Positions 10,124 to 21,815 of a stretch of 32,508 nt of DNA are shown in pieces. Position 1 is the stretch's first letter. Every line of letters begins with the position of its first letter. Source of the stretch: Stramenopiles sp. TOSAG23-3. Its lineage: Eukaryota. The DNA lies in assembly GCA_900128585.1 (NCBI GenBank), contig LT642216.1, positions 1 through 32,508 of the forward strand. Reading direction: 5' to 3'. The position numbers and the translations under genes are program-made. Under the pieces are notes generated by a model that saw only the letters and a program-made list of their open reading frames with translations, was not told the DNA's origin and ran no database searches.

Positions 10124-12485
10124 TTACCATCCAATATCATCTTCTTCCACGAAGGATGTTAAATCGCTTTGTTGAAGTTCGCCTGACGTTCTCGTATCTA
10201 TTTTCTGTTCGGTTTTACTGCCACTTGCTGGATCAAACGGCAACGCCCCAGAGCGTGCAAACGTTTTTTCCAGGCCATCAACCCGTGCTGACCATTTCGC
10301 CAGATCCTGCAAGTTATCCTCCAAGTCCTTGCTCACTTGCTGGAGCATTTGCCGCGGGATTGCGCGGTCATCGTCCTGCCCGGTGCGCTTGGACTTGGCT
10401 TGGGCGCTATTTGCTAACCCTGCAACTTCGGCGCGCAGCTTACTCATGCTCCCGTTCAAAAACTTCAGCGTTTCCTGCTGTCTATTGAGCTCCCCGTATA
10501 GTTCCTTCTGCTGTTTCGTCAAAGGCTTTGAAATGTACATCTTTTCGATCAACAAATCTATTCGTTTCTCGATCTGGATTTGTCGAATCTTTACGGATTC
10601 GATCTTCGTTTGAAAGGTCGAGCAGCTCTTCCGCTTTGTTTTCTCCACCCTTTCCTCCAGCTTCTTTGTCATCTCCGTCATTTTCTGCAACGGTTCGTCC
10701 CAAAACGCCTCGACCCGTTCCAACTCACGCTGGAAACTGTCGTACGCCAGCACGCGCTGTTGGAGGCAGGCAATGTGCTCTTTCGCCATCGCGGCGCTTT
10801 CGTACGTTGCGATGGGCCCCGCCGGCCACGACGGTTGGGGAACGGTCAGGGAGGACTCTAGTTCGTTCAAAATGGCCAGGTTAAACCGTACCTTCTCGAT
10901 GGAGACCGTGTCGCCGTTGCCCTGCGCTGGCTCAATCGCGCCCCCGGGGGGGGGGCATAGCTTCCCTGCTCAGGGCATGGGCCAGGTCTACCTTCACCAA
11001 CCCCTCCCGGACCCTTACAAAGGTTTTTCGCTTTGACATGGCTACGTACGAACGAAACCCAGAAATGCTGCTGGCCTCGCTGCACGAAAAGCACGGGCGA
11101 GTGCCGTGCTTGGTTTCTTCGGCCCAGGCCTCCGTGTTCAGCAGGTCTGCGGAAGGGCCGTCGTCGTCGTCGGCCTCGAAGTACTTGAGTAGTTTCTCGA
11201 ATATCCACGGCATCTTCAAGACGTAGACGGTCCGTGAGCCCACCAGAAACAAAAAATCAACGCTGATGTTGTCGGTGGCTATGTGGTATTTCTCTCCCGC
11301 GGATGCCTTCATCGCGGTGACGACGTTCAACGTCTTTCTGTTGCTGCTGGGCACGTACGTTTCGTTCCACATGGGGGCAGGAACTCGGGACCCATTTATC
11401 AGAATCCTTACTATTCCCGACGTGGACGTGACGACAAAAATGGTCGGCACGTCGTTCCCAGTGCGACTGTTTGCCACGTTGATGCAGGACAGAGATAGTC
11501 CAGTGGTCGTCTCGTCCCGCTCCGCCACCGCGCTGTTCTCCAACGGGGGCAGCTGCGGGCAAGGCTTCAACGCGCCCATGTGGCCGCCGCCGACATGAAC
11601 CAGCACTCCATCAGGGGCCGCGCGCCAGCAGGTTTCGAGCCACTCTCTCGCCATCGTCGGCGCCTGGGAAAGGAGGCGCAGAAACGTCTGGCGCTTGATT
11701 TGGGTGCCCAGGGGGGCGAATGGGCACACGGGGACGATGCGCTCGTCTGATAGCAGGACGTAAAGGGAGAAAATCTCCCAATTCACTTCGCTCGCGCCAC
11801 ACCTGCGAACGAACGAGAAGGCGACGGGCGCCCTGGGAGTTTGAAACTTCGTCTTCATCTCCACCTGGACACGACCCGAGTTCTCTTCATCCACCGTTTT
11901 TGCGGAGTACATGCCCAGGGTCACCGCGCACTCGTCGTTCATATCTTGCGACAGGACCACCAAAGCGTGCGACTCCAAAGGATGCCACTGTACGGAAACG
12001 ATTCTACTTCTTCGGTGCTCGAGAGGCCGAGAACAGGGCAGGCCGACGGGCACTGGGCTCCCTGCGTTCCTTGCAGTGGCCAAAAGCTGCCGCCGAAGGC
12101 CTTTGCTTTCCACTGGTACCACGAAAAACGAGTCGTCCGCATTCAGAACGTAAAGCATGCTGCCGGTCGCGTTAAATGAAAGCTCTTTCGGCTTATTCAC
12201 GGTGCACGCCTCGCCTGCGGTCCCTAAAATACGAACGTCGACGGGACACCACACCGACAGCTGCTCGTTGGCCTCCTCGTCTTCGCCGACGACGCCGTCC
12301 ATGCTTGGGCCCAGGTACGCGCAAAAAAGTTTAGACTCGCCATTGCATAACCCCGCACAAAATCCAATTCCCTGGTTGTTCAACGCAAACGTCTGCAGCT
12401 CTTGCGGCGAGTTGCCGACGGACTGGCTCGAGTCCCACTCCGACGCTGGAAAATTATGCTGCTCAACAAGACCAGGCGTCTGCAT
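10124..12485 (-). CDS. NUP88: Nup88/Nup82-like nucleoporin (~786 aa), frameshifted at the homopolymer 10946-10955
   Basis: N-terminal propeller-like part has VQWHPLESHALVVLS and WEIFSLYVLLSDERIVPVCPFAP, resembling Nup82/88. Removing one C from the C10 run on the minus strand joins it (…EAMPPPGGAIEPAQG…) to the coiled-coil ORF 10124..10870. Confidence 0.65.
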
Positions 12486-13135
12486 CCTATCCTCACTATA
12501 TGTCCGCTTCTAAACTACTCCTTCTTCCAAAGAGATCCTCTCTATCAAACAACTAACCTCGTCAACAATCAAACAAACAAAGAACATTTTCCCTTTCTTC
12601 CTTCTCCTAATGCATGCACTAATTCCTTATCTATTGAATAATAGTAATACAGTAGTATTAATTTCGAAGAGAGTAAGAAGTAAATAATAATAATTATTTT
12701 TAAAAAATTATTATTTGAATTCATCATTTTTTTTGTGTCTTCTTCTTCTTTCTTCTTCTTTCTTCTTCTTTTTTTTTGTGTTGTTTTCGTTGCGCTTCGT
12801 CTTCCGCCTTCCGCCTTCCGCCTTCCACCATCCGTCCCCTCAATAATAATAATGTCCTCATTATACCAATGTTAATATTAATATTATACAGCAGCCAGAT
12901 AGCCAGATAGAAGAAGAATTTTAAAACACAGAAGAAGTTAAAAAGAAGAGGGGGGAAGAGAGGAGACTGAAATTTTTTTATAAAAAAAATATTTGTTTGT
13001 ACACGCTTACACGTATAAATTATCAATACCTTTTGTTAAAATCATTATGTTTTGACAATCTATACTCGATGGTTGAACTGGGGTGATGATTAAGAGACTG
13101 CATTCTTTTAAGTTGCATCCTGGCCTGTACTTTGT

Positions 13136-14113
13136 TTACTTTTCTGTTTTCAGTGCCCATTGTTTGAACGCATCGGGCACCCCTTCGAGGTCAATGCTTG
13201 CGAGGTAGGCTTTCTTTTTTTCCAACGCCTCGGCGACATGATCTTCCGCCAACATAGGGTATGCCCCCCCCTCGATGACCTGCCTGCTTTCTGGAATATT
13301 CAGATCCACGGATCCGCCCAGCTCTTTCAACAAATCCTCATGGCACATGTACGAGAGCATTTTGTTCTCCTCCCCTGCCGCAAGAAAGCACAGCTTCTTC
13401 TTCGTCTCCTCCGCAAGGAACAGGGCAACCACTTTGTAAATTCCCCAAAACATCCAGCCGATCGGGTAGATGATGGTGGCGTACAAGGATTCGGGGAAAT
13501 TGTCTGCCAACGTAGAGTTGAACTGCTGAAAATACCCCGAGTCGTACTGGCTCATGTAGGAAAAGTTGGTGGAGTCCCAAATGCAGACGACCTTTTCCAA
13601 AGGATGGCGCTTCCGCTTCCGTGCCGTCTCCGTCATATACACCAACGCTTGCAGGCAAACGTCCAAGTCGAGCCCTTTTTCAAACAAGTACGAACGGCAC
13701 ACGAAGATTTGGCGGCCCTCTACGTCGAAGTTGTCTTTCGCGTAGAACATGCGTCCCTTACTAAGCTCGTCTTGGACTGCCTGGGGGAGCTTTTTTGGGT
13801 CCATAGGGAGTCCGCCCTCTGGGATATGCTTTCTTCTCCACTCGCACGTGTCGCGAAGCATTTTTTCTGTCTTCTTCAGATCAAAGTTGCGAGCCCTTAA
13901 GAATTTTATGAGGGAAGCGGTATCCCTGGAAACGCAGGGTTCATCTTTCATAATTTTTCGAAACTCCACCAACGCGTCTTTTTCCTTATCTGTCAATAGC
14001 GCTTCCAGCGCCGCGTGGTCCATTGCCGCCTTCTTGTGTGCGGCGTTAACCCCTGAGAGAAAGTCAGTGGGGTCACCCCTGTCCGCGTACTCTGTTTCCG
14101 CCATACTAGCCAT
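13136..14113 (-). CDS. Sec14/CRAL-TRIO lipid-binding protein
   Basis: CRAL-TRIO N-terminal motif LIKFLRARNFDLKKTEKMLRDTCEWRRK; DVEGRQI; DNFPESL; terminal ELGGS. Confidence 0.92.
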   Translation of the reverse strand: MASMAETEYADRGDPTDFLSGVNAAHKKAAMDHAALEALLTDKEKDALVEFRKIMKDEPCVSRDTASLIKFLRARNFDLKKTEKMLRDTCEWRRKHIPEGGLPMDPKKLPQAVQDELSKGRMFYAKDNFDVEGRQIFVCRSYLFEKGLDLDVCLQALVYMTETARKRKRHPLEKVVCIWDSTNFSYMSQYDSGYFQQFNSTLADNFPESLYATIIYPIGWMFWGIYKVVALFLAEETKKKLCFLAAGEENKMLSYMCHEDLLKELGGSVDLNIPESRQVIEGGAYPMLAEDHVAEALEKKKAYLASIDLEGVPDAFKQWALKTEK

Positions 14114-14585
14114 TTTTTTGTTTACTATAATAATTATAAACTATTTCTTCGTAAATAATATAATGATAATCACTTTTCAACTAACAACAATTGGGAATTG
14201 AAGCGCTTTGCTTCCTCAGCCTTCTTCTTGTCCTTCAATATAACCACCTCTTTTTAAAAAATTGTTTTCAGTCAAATAATCGAAGAATATATCTCTTCTT
14301 CTACCCACAATATTTATTATATTAAAAAATATTATTATACTGTAATAATAATAATTAAGCTAATAATAATAATATGATAAAATATACACAGTGTCGTGGT
14401 CTATTAATTACTACGTGCCGATATATGTAATAGAACGAACCTTCATGCCTCACTCCACTCACCCCGTGAAGAGATTCAATTATTAGTCTCTATTTATTTA
14501 TTATTATACTACTATGATGTAATACTACTATAGCAACCAACAACGAAAAAAAATTATTGGTCGATCACGACCGACCGACCTGTCA

Positions 14586-14665
14586 TCTTTCTTTCTTTCT
14601 TTCTATCTTCTCTTTCTTTCTTCTCTTTCTTCTCTTTCTTTCTTTCTTTCTTTCTTTCTTTCGAC

Positions 14666-14709
<44 letters not shown>

Positions 14710-14758
14710 NNNNNNNNNNNNNNNNNNNNNNNNNNNNNNNNNNNNNNNNNNNNNNNNN

Positions 14759-14789
<31 letters not shown>

Positions 14790-14904
14790 TCGACTCTTTC
14801 TTTCTTTCTTTCTTTCGACTCTTTCTTTCTTTCTTTCGACTCTTTCTTTCTTTCTTTCTTTCTTTCATCTCTTTCTTTCTTTCTTTCTTTCCTTCTCTCT
14901 CTCT
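14586..14904. repeat. (TTTC)n microsatellite with interspersed tttcgactc units, spanning an N gap (14710-14758)
   Basis: Read directly. Confidence 0.95.
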
Positions 14905-15391
14905 CAGTTCTCGCTTCTCCTGTGCTACTGGTGGCCAGTGATTATTAAAATAGAAAATACTTTTTTTTTTAAATAAAAGAAATCGATTCAACTCACCTTC
15001 CTTCTTCCTTCCTTGTTATTTCCTAAACCTAATTAATATAATTTAAAAATGACCGTCCGACGTCCGCGACCATCACATTTGTTTCTATGGTATTGGTATA
15101 ATAATGTAGTACATATTATTATATTATTATTGATGAAATGATCATATTATTACTACTAAATAAATAAGCTTTTGATAAAAAAAAAAGAGGAGGAAGGAAG
15201 TTATAACTTTGATACGGTACGAAATGTATCTTTCCATATAAAATTAAATGAATACAAACTGAACATGGTTTTTCTCAACGAAATGAGGTAGAATTGTGTT
15301 GCGTTTCCATTCTCGGTTTGGATCGGTATTGTTCTATTATTATTATTTTAAAGGAAGGAAAGAACGAAAGCGTCTGTGGTACAACGAGAGA

Positions 15392-18300
15392 ATGGGTGTC
15401 CAAACCCTCTTCCTTCAGGCCTTTGTTGTCACTGCTTTGGCAGTCTTCTCCCTCGGCGTGTATCAACTGTACTTTGTGATCCCTGCGGGTAAGAATTCGT
15501 GTGAAATGACCTACATGAACCCGCACTATGCCAGATTCTCCATGAGTGTGCATTCCGACAAGTTAAAGTACTTGAACAAGAAGTACGCCCTGTACCGTTT
15601 TTTTGCAACCAAAGTACGTTCCGCGGCGGGACGCCCTGAGGGTGAGCGGTGTCCCCGTGCTCTTTGTTCCTGGGAACAAGGGGGACTACAAGCAGGTTCG
15701 ATCCCTCGGATCGGTTGCCGATAGCATGAGCAAAGACATAGGAAACGGCCGTCGCTTAGAATTTTTTACGCTAGACTTTGGGGAGGAAGCCAGTGCCTTC
15801 AACGGGGACTTGCTAGACGACCAGGCGGAATATATAAACGCGGCCGTCGCGGCAATACTACGACTGTACCGAAAAAACGCTAGGGGAGACAAGAAGCTGT
15901 TGGCAAAGGCCCCGACCACCGTCGTCATCGTTGCGCACTCTATGGGCGGGGTTGCGGCCCGCTACGCGTTCACCTTGGACTCGTTTCGCCACGGCACCAT
16001 GAGCACGGTCATCACCCTGAGCACGCCGCACACGAGGCCACCGGTAAACATTGACTCGAGGCTTGGGTCGCTCTACAACGAAATGAACAACCACTGGGGA
16101 ATCGGGGCCCGCAAGTTGGCCCACAGGTTCATCGAAGCCGCCATCCGAGATAAGAATGAAACTCTCCGTAAGCAGCAGGAAGAGGCGGCAGCCGCAGCGA
16201 CGGAGACCAAGGTCACCGACGAAGAGCACGTGCTGTCAGAGTTCGACGAAGACGAGCCGCAGGTCACGGAGGAGGAGGAGGCAGCGGAAACGTCCGGCAG
16301 CACCGAAACGGAGGCGGGGCAGAAGGGCGAGAAGGCGAAGCCGTCCATGTCCTGGCTACAGTATTCAAAGAGCTTTTTCGTCAGCGCGGAATCTGAAAAA
16401 AAAAAGGGGGAGCCAAAATTGACACCGGCGCAGCTTCGTGTCAACAAACTTGCCCACCAAATGAAACCTGTCGTCCTGGTGTCCTTGGCTGGCGGGAAGA
16501 GGGACACCCTGGTGGACACCTCGCTCTGCGCGGTAGCCCCCGTCGTTACGCCCGACCGTGGGCTGGCAGTGCGCACCGAAGACATCCCTGGCGTTAAACT
16601 TTCGATCGACCACCAGTGTATGTGCTGGTGCAACCAGCTGATGAAGTCCATTGCGGTGTCGCTGTACAATATCGTCGATCCCAACACGGGGAACGTCTAC
16701 AAACGGGTGGAGGAGAGAATGGATGTCTTCCGTGAAAATTTTATGCCCGAAGCCGCGGCAAACGCCGCCGCCGACGCAGGGCATACGTTGAGGAATGGGC
16801 TCAGCCGAACGGTCCCGTTCACGCACGACCTGATCTTTACCGCGAGCAATGAAACCGTGAAAAGGGCGGTTGGTGGGGAGTACGGTAGTGTGGTTCCAGT
16901 CGCGACGGAAATAGTGCGCTCGTACGGGCCATTTCTGTTCCCCCTGTGCCTTGGAATACTCCTCCTGTCGTTCGCGTACCAAATGACGATGTACTTCCCG
17001 TCGGACGGGGGGGCGTACCCGTCGATGGAGGAATCGCTGGACCCGAACAACCACCTGCTCAACGTGTTGGTAGGGCTAGTGCAGGGAAGCCCGCAGAGCC
17101 CGTCCGGGCAGTTTTTCAGCGACGAAAAAGGAAAAGAGTTGGTGAAGAAAATCTCCTCGTACTTTTCTGTACTTTTCTTTGCCCTCTTCGTCTATCGCTC
17201 CCCGTTTTTTGGGTCGGGTACCATTTCTGAGGGTCTGGCGGCATCGGGGTCGGGATCCACCGTTGTCTGGGCAATTGACACGATGGTAAGAACGGTCGAA
17301 GTGTTTTCGATCACAAGCCTGTTGCCCGTGGGGACGGGCTTTCCACCGTTCTGGATTTTCTGCATTTTGTACCTGGTGGCTTTGGGGCTGCTGCGCGCGG
17401 TAATACTTTTCGCGAAACTGGTTCAGAAGGTAACGGGCGCCTTGCGTTTTCCAACGATGGTTGAAGCTTGCGCCCCAGTGTACACCAAGCACCAACGAAT
17501 GGTCGATGGGGTCTTTTGGATCGTCTCGGTGTTTTTAGTCGGGCACTTGCGGCTGGAACACATCGTGTCGCACGGCTTTAACTATGTCCTTTCCAATGCG
17601 CGCCCGTTCGCCTTTAGCCGAGAACTGGGTGCCCTTTTGCTAGTAATCACGCTCAGCAACCTCCTGAAAGGTGTTCGCTTCATCTTCCTTTCGTCTTCTC
17701 AAGAGGGCACAAATCAATCCTTTGCAAACTACCAATTTTCAATTGGTCTGTTGCTTGTGTTTACCGCCCCGTTCCACGTTCCCGTTGCGTTGAAGTGCCT
17801 GAACACGATAGCTACGGACAGGGGATACCAACGCGGAATATTTGATCTTACCATCACGTTCGGGCTCGAACTCGGCTCGTTCATGCTGGCCCGAATGGCT
17901 GGAGTGCTGCCAATGCGCTGCTCTAGTGAATCGACGTCGGGGAAGAAAATGTACTATGGTATTGAAATAGGGCCCATGGGCCCGTCTCCCCAACAAGGGG
18001 AGGCGATTCGAAACGCAGTCTGGAAGGATACCAAGTTGAGGGAGATTCGGGACAGATCGGCGGAGATCGATGCGGACTATAATGAACTAGTAGAATTGAC
18101 GGGTCAAGTCGAAATTGCGGTGCAAGCCGGGCCTCCAAAAGCGTACGATGCAAAGAAATCAAAAGATGCGATCCATCTTCACCGGCTTTGTGCAACTCTT
18201 TCAGACGTCAAAATGATGAGCAAACTCTTAAAGATGGACCTCATTGAGCACAATGGGAACCAGGAAGTTCGGATGGGGCGAAAAGCGTGCACTTGGAAAT

Positions 18301-18776
18301 TAAACAGGTACTTGAACAGTGCCGAAAAGTTGTCCAAAGTTTCCAAATTAATGCACGATACGTGGGAAGCCCTGGATGATGTAAAGAACCAGAACGGCGA
18401 AGGGTTTGAAAGCAGCGATGCTTTCAAGGCAACGTTGACGAGCTGGCAAGACAAGTGGTCGTCCATTGACGGAGTAGAAGCGTATCCGCCCGCGCGAGTG
18501 TCAAAGGAGACCGACGTCTTGGACAACCTTGCGATATTTGAAAACCCATACAAGGCGCTAGTGAAAAAGAACCCGGTGCGTACAGGAGACGACAATGCGG
18601 GCAGCGGTCGCTCGTTTTTCGGAACTGAGGACTTTGACTTTTTGACGACGGTGATGATTTACATTACTTGCTTGATTGGTGGGTATTTTTGTTGCCTGTG
18701 GGGACTTTTGAAAATGCACAGGTGCCTTTACTTTGTCAGCTCTATGGGGATGCTTTTGATGTTTCGAGAACAGTGA
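15392..18776 (+). CDS. PGAP1: GPI inositol-deacylase PGAP1/Bst1 (~1127 aa), frameshifted at the T7 run 15598-15604, with a BAG-like insertion
   Basis: N-terminal TM helix followed by NSCEMTYMNPHY and KYALY lies in one frame. GVPVLFVPGNKGDYKQVRS, nucleophile motif AHSMGG and IDHQCMCWCNQL lie in the next. Deleting one T joins them. C-terminal half is multi-TM. Confidence 0.9.
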
Positions 18777-18842
18777 AAACTTAAGCAGTAGAAGGGAGAG
18801 ATCAGGGTAAATTTATGCGTTTACCATTAAAAGTGTTTAAAA

Positions 18843-19055
18843 AAACAAGAAAATTGGCTGTTATTTAAGTAATTAAATGCCAGAAAAATTTATAAAATTA
18901 AAGATTTGTACGATACTCGTAAGAACAAGGTAAGTAGGAATACTTTTGTAAGAATTAGTCTTTTTCATGTTTAATCGGTACGTACGAATCTGAAAGTTAT
19001 CCAGGTAAGAGTATCTATGATTTAAAGTTTTAAATAACAGCCAATTTTCTTGTTT
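18843..19055. mobile_element. MITE-like 213-bp segment with perfect 26-bp inverted ends (alternatively two 3'-UTR motifs of convergent genes)
   Basis: aaacaagaaaattggctgttatttaa at 18843-18868 and its exact reverse complement at 19030-19055; non-coding AT-rich interior; TTAA close to both ends. Confidence 0.5.
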
Positions 19056-19185
19056 AATAGTTTTGAAACTTTTACAACTGGTATCCTACGACTTATCCTA
19101 AATCTTACTCGTGACATAAACTGCACAGCCGTAATGTAACATTAAATATTTATCTAGACATGAAGTATACCAGACGAAGTTTAGG

Positions 19186-19806
19186 CTAGCGCTTTTTGCA
19201 AACGTACATAAAGTGAGAGTCAGACGCGTCGTTTCCTTCATCAAACCCAACTATACGCGGTTTTGAAATCGCTGCGTGGTTTATGGACCACTGCCTATTC
19301 CCGGACTGTAAATGTGTGAGTCTAGTCTGCGGAACGCCGTGGGAGATAGATATATAAACGCCCCCTGGTTTTAAGACCCTGTACATTTCGTCGTTCAATC
19401 GCGCAATATTCGAAAAGCTGTTGTCTCCACACAAAACTGCGTCGCCCAGTGCTTTTTCAATGATCAAATCAAAACACCCATCTGGTATAAAGTCAAGGTT
19501 TAGGCAGTCCCCAACCAGAAATTCTATCGTGTCGAAATTTTTGTAACGGTCTGTTTGTTGCTGCACGACGACAGTGCTTACATCGATGCACGTAAGGTTT
19601 TTCGCTCCATGATCGAACAAGTGACCAGGTAGCGGGGAATTTCCACAACCTGGCACCAAAATTTCAAATTCCTTCGCATTCTGGTCAACGTGTTGCAACA
19701 ACTGATTCTTCAATCTACCAAAATTTTGATACCAATCGAACTGCTCTGTGGGCCCACGAGCAGCATATCGCTCGTCCCAGTATGAAGGGTTCCCATAGTC
19801 CGGCAT
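19186..19806 (-). CDS. Class I SAM-dependent methyltransferase, EEF1AKMT4/METTL13-N-like
   Basis: YGNPSYWDERY, FDWYQ, motif I ILVPGCGNS, FDLIIEKALGDAVLCG, YRVLKPGGVYISISHG. Confidence 0.9.
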   Translation of the reverse strand: MPDYGNPSYWDERYAARGPTEQFDWYQNFGRLKNQLLQHVDQNAKEFEILVPGCGNSPLPGHLFDHGAKNLTCIDVSTVVVQQQTDRYKNFDTIEFLVGDCLNLDFIPDGCFDLIIEKALGDAVLCGDNSFSNIARLNDEMYRVLKPGGVYISISHGVPQTRLTHLQSGNRQWSINHAAISKPRIVGFDEGNDASDSHFMYVCKKR

Positions 19807-20468
19807 AATGTTGCGGAAGAATTAAGTATTCAACCAACCAGCTATGAACGTCTTGACATATATATAAATCAATCCTTCAAAACATATAGAATCGTCACTT
19901 CTACAAAAGTCAAATCTTTTTTTACATACAACAAAAAGGGAATGCAATGCAATGTTGCATTTTTTGCATGATCATGATGCCGTTAATTTTTTTAGTAATT
20001 ATTAAATAAATAATAATAATAATATCATCCCTCCTCCTCCTTCCTCTCCTCCTCTCTTTCTTTTTCTTTTTAAAAATAATAATAGGAGGAATAATACAAT
20101 AATAATACATTTTATTATTTTTTTTTATTTCTATTATTATTATTTATACCTACCTATTACAGTATAAAAGTAGAATATAATGGCTGGCTGGCGGCTGCTA
20201 CGCTGCTTCTTTATATTATTATTTTATTATTATTTGTTGAGAATTTGAATTAGAAAAATTGTGTTTTGGTGGAAGACTTTAAAAACGGACAATGTGAAAT
20301 GAAATATGAAAGGAATATCTGTACTTACGCGTAACGAATAAATGAAATAACGTGTCTGTTTACGTTTATACAAGTGGATGTTCTGTCACAATTAAAACCC
20401 TCTTGGTGTTTGTCCGTGTAAAGCCGACTAATAAATAATAATCGTTTTTGAGTAGGTTCTCGTATTAC

Positions 20469-21815
20469 ATGACAATATTGCCGTCAATGACTAGTACAAC
20501 CAGCCAAAAGAACGAGAAGCGACGGGCTGAGAGATGGAAGAAAATGTTTGTGTACACGATGCTGTTTGAGGTGGTCCTTAATGTTTTGTTGATAATATTT
20601 GAGCCAACGTACGTGTTTGACTGGGATGCCTACATGGAAGAAGTTTACGGCGTCTTTCACAACGGCACGTTTGACTACAGCAAGTTGAAAGGGGATACGG
20701 GCGCGCTGGTGTACCCGGCCGGGTTTGTCTGGTTGTATTCGGTCTTTTACAAACTTTTTGGTTGGGATTACGTGCATTTTACGACGGAATACCCAGAGAG
20801 TAGAAAGAACATATCTGGGTACGAAGAAAGGACAATTCGCCCAACGACACGGATGCACTGCATGCAGACCATGTACATGTTTTTGTACTTGGCCGTGCTG
20901 GTCCTACTCTTCCGAATATTCAAACGAACCAGAGCCGTGCCGCCGGAAATGTTCCCCCTACTCTCCCTTTCGAGAAGGGTCCACTCCATCTTTGTTTTGG
21001 GCCTATTTAACGACTGTTTCGCCCTCTTCTTTTTGTTGGTAGCAATTGAAAGGTTCACAAAAGACGATTGGCTCGTCGGATGCATTTGGTACAGCATAGC
21101 CGTGTCGATCAAGATGAACATCTTGCTGTTTGCGCCAGGGCTGTTGCTGCTGTTGTTGAAACGATTTGGCATGCGCGAGACAATTTTCCCACACCTTACA
21201 ACGTGTGCACTTGTGCAACTACTCGTTGCCGCCCCATTTTTGCTTACGTACCCGGTCCAGTACATACGGGGAGCGTTCGACTTTGGTCGCGTTTTCTTTC
21301 ATGAGTGGTCTGTGAACTTTCAGTTCCTTCCGGAGTCCGTCTTTCACAGCAAGTTGTTTAGTTTAGGGCTGTTGTTCAGTCAAGTGGCCGTTCTTCTAAT
21401 GTTTGTGAACCTGAAATGGTGCAACCCAGAAGGTACCGTGTTGATGTCGTTCAATTTTTATTCAGGAACAAGTGCACGGTCTGGAACCTCCCCTAAACGA
21501 GGGAGAGACCTGCCGGTCGAACAGATCGTGAGCATTCTCTGCACTTCAAATTTTATCGGAATTGTATTTTGTCGATCGCTGCACTACCAGTTTTTGGTGT
21601 GGTACCATTTCAGCTTGCCGTATTTATTGTACCAAACTCCATACCCGTTTTTGGTGAAGGCCGTGCTGCTTGGTGCGATTGAAATTGCTTGGAACCAACA
21701 TCACCCGATGAAATGGAGCTCCATTGTGCTGCTGGTCTCTCATTTGATTTTGTTGTTTGGATTGTGGCGAGGGCACCGAGATGTTTTTTTTACGAAACGA
21801 AAGCGAAAAGCATAA
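20469..21815 (+). CDS. ALG3: Dol-P-Man:Man5GlcNAc2-PP-Dol alpha-1,3-mannosyltransferase
   Basis: DWDAYMEEV, DYSKLKGDTGALVYPAGFV, SRRVHSIFVLGLFND, SIKMNILL, RSLHYQF; multi-TM with a basic C-terminal tail. Start could also be the ATG at 20487. Confidence 0.95.
   Translation: MTILPSMTSTTSQKNEKRRAERWKKMFVYTMLFEVVLNVLLIIFEPTYVFDWDAYMEEVYGVFHNGTFDYSKLKGDTGALVYPAGFVWLYSVFYKLFGWDYVHFTTEYPESRKNISGYEERTIRPTTRMHCMQTMYMFLYLAVLVLLFRIFKRTRAVPPEMFPLLSLSRRVHSIFVLGLFNDCFALFFLLVAIERFTKDDWLVGCIWYSIAVSIKMNILLFAPGLLLLLLKRFGMRETIFPHLTTCALVQLLVAAPFLLTYPVQYIRGAFDFGRVFFHEWSVNFQFLPESVFHSKLFSLGLLFSQVAVLLMFVNLKWCNPEGTVLMSFNFYSGTSARSGTSPKRGRDLPVEQIVSILCTSNFIGIVFCRSLHYQFLVWYHFSLPYLLYQTPYPFLVKAVLLGAIEIAWNQHHPMKWSSIVLLVSHLILLFGLWRGHRDVFFTKRKRKA

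Noticed and set aside
14554-14991. ORFs on both strands across the TTTC repeat, and similar ones at 159-371, 12724-13026 and 28179-28613
   Set aside because: Translations of microsatellites or N gaps.
15693-15710. tRNA T-arm/B-box-like GGTTCGATCCC
   Set aside because: Lies in the conserved PGAP1 KQVRS codons; no cloverleaf around it.
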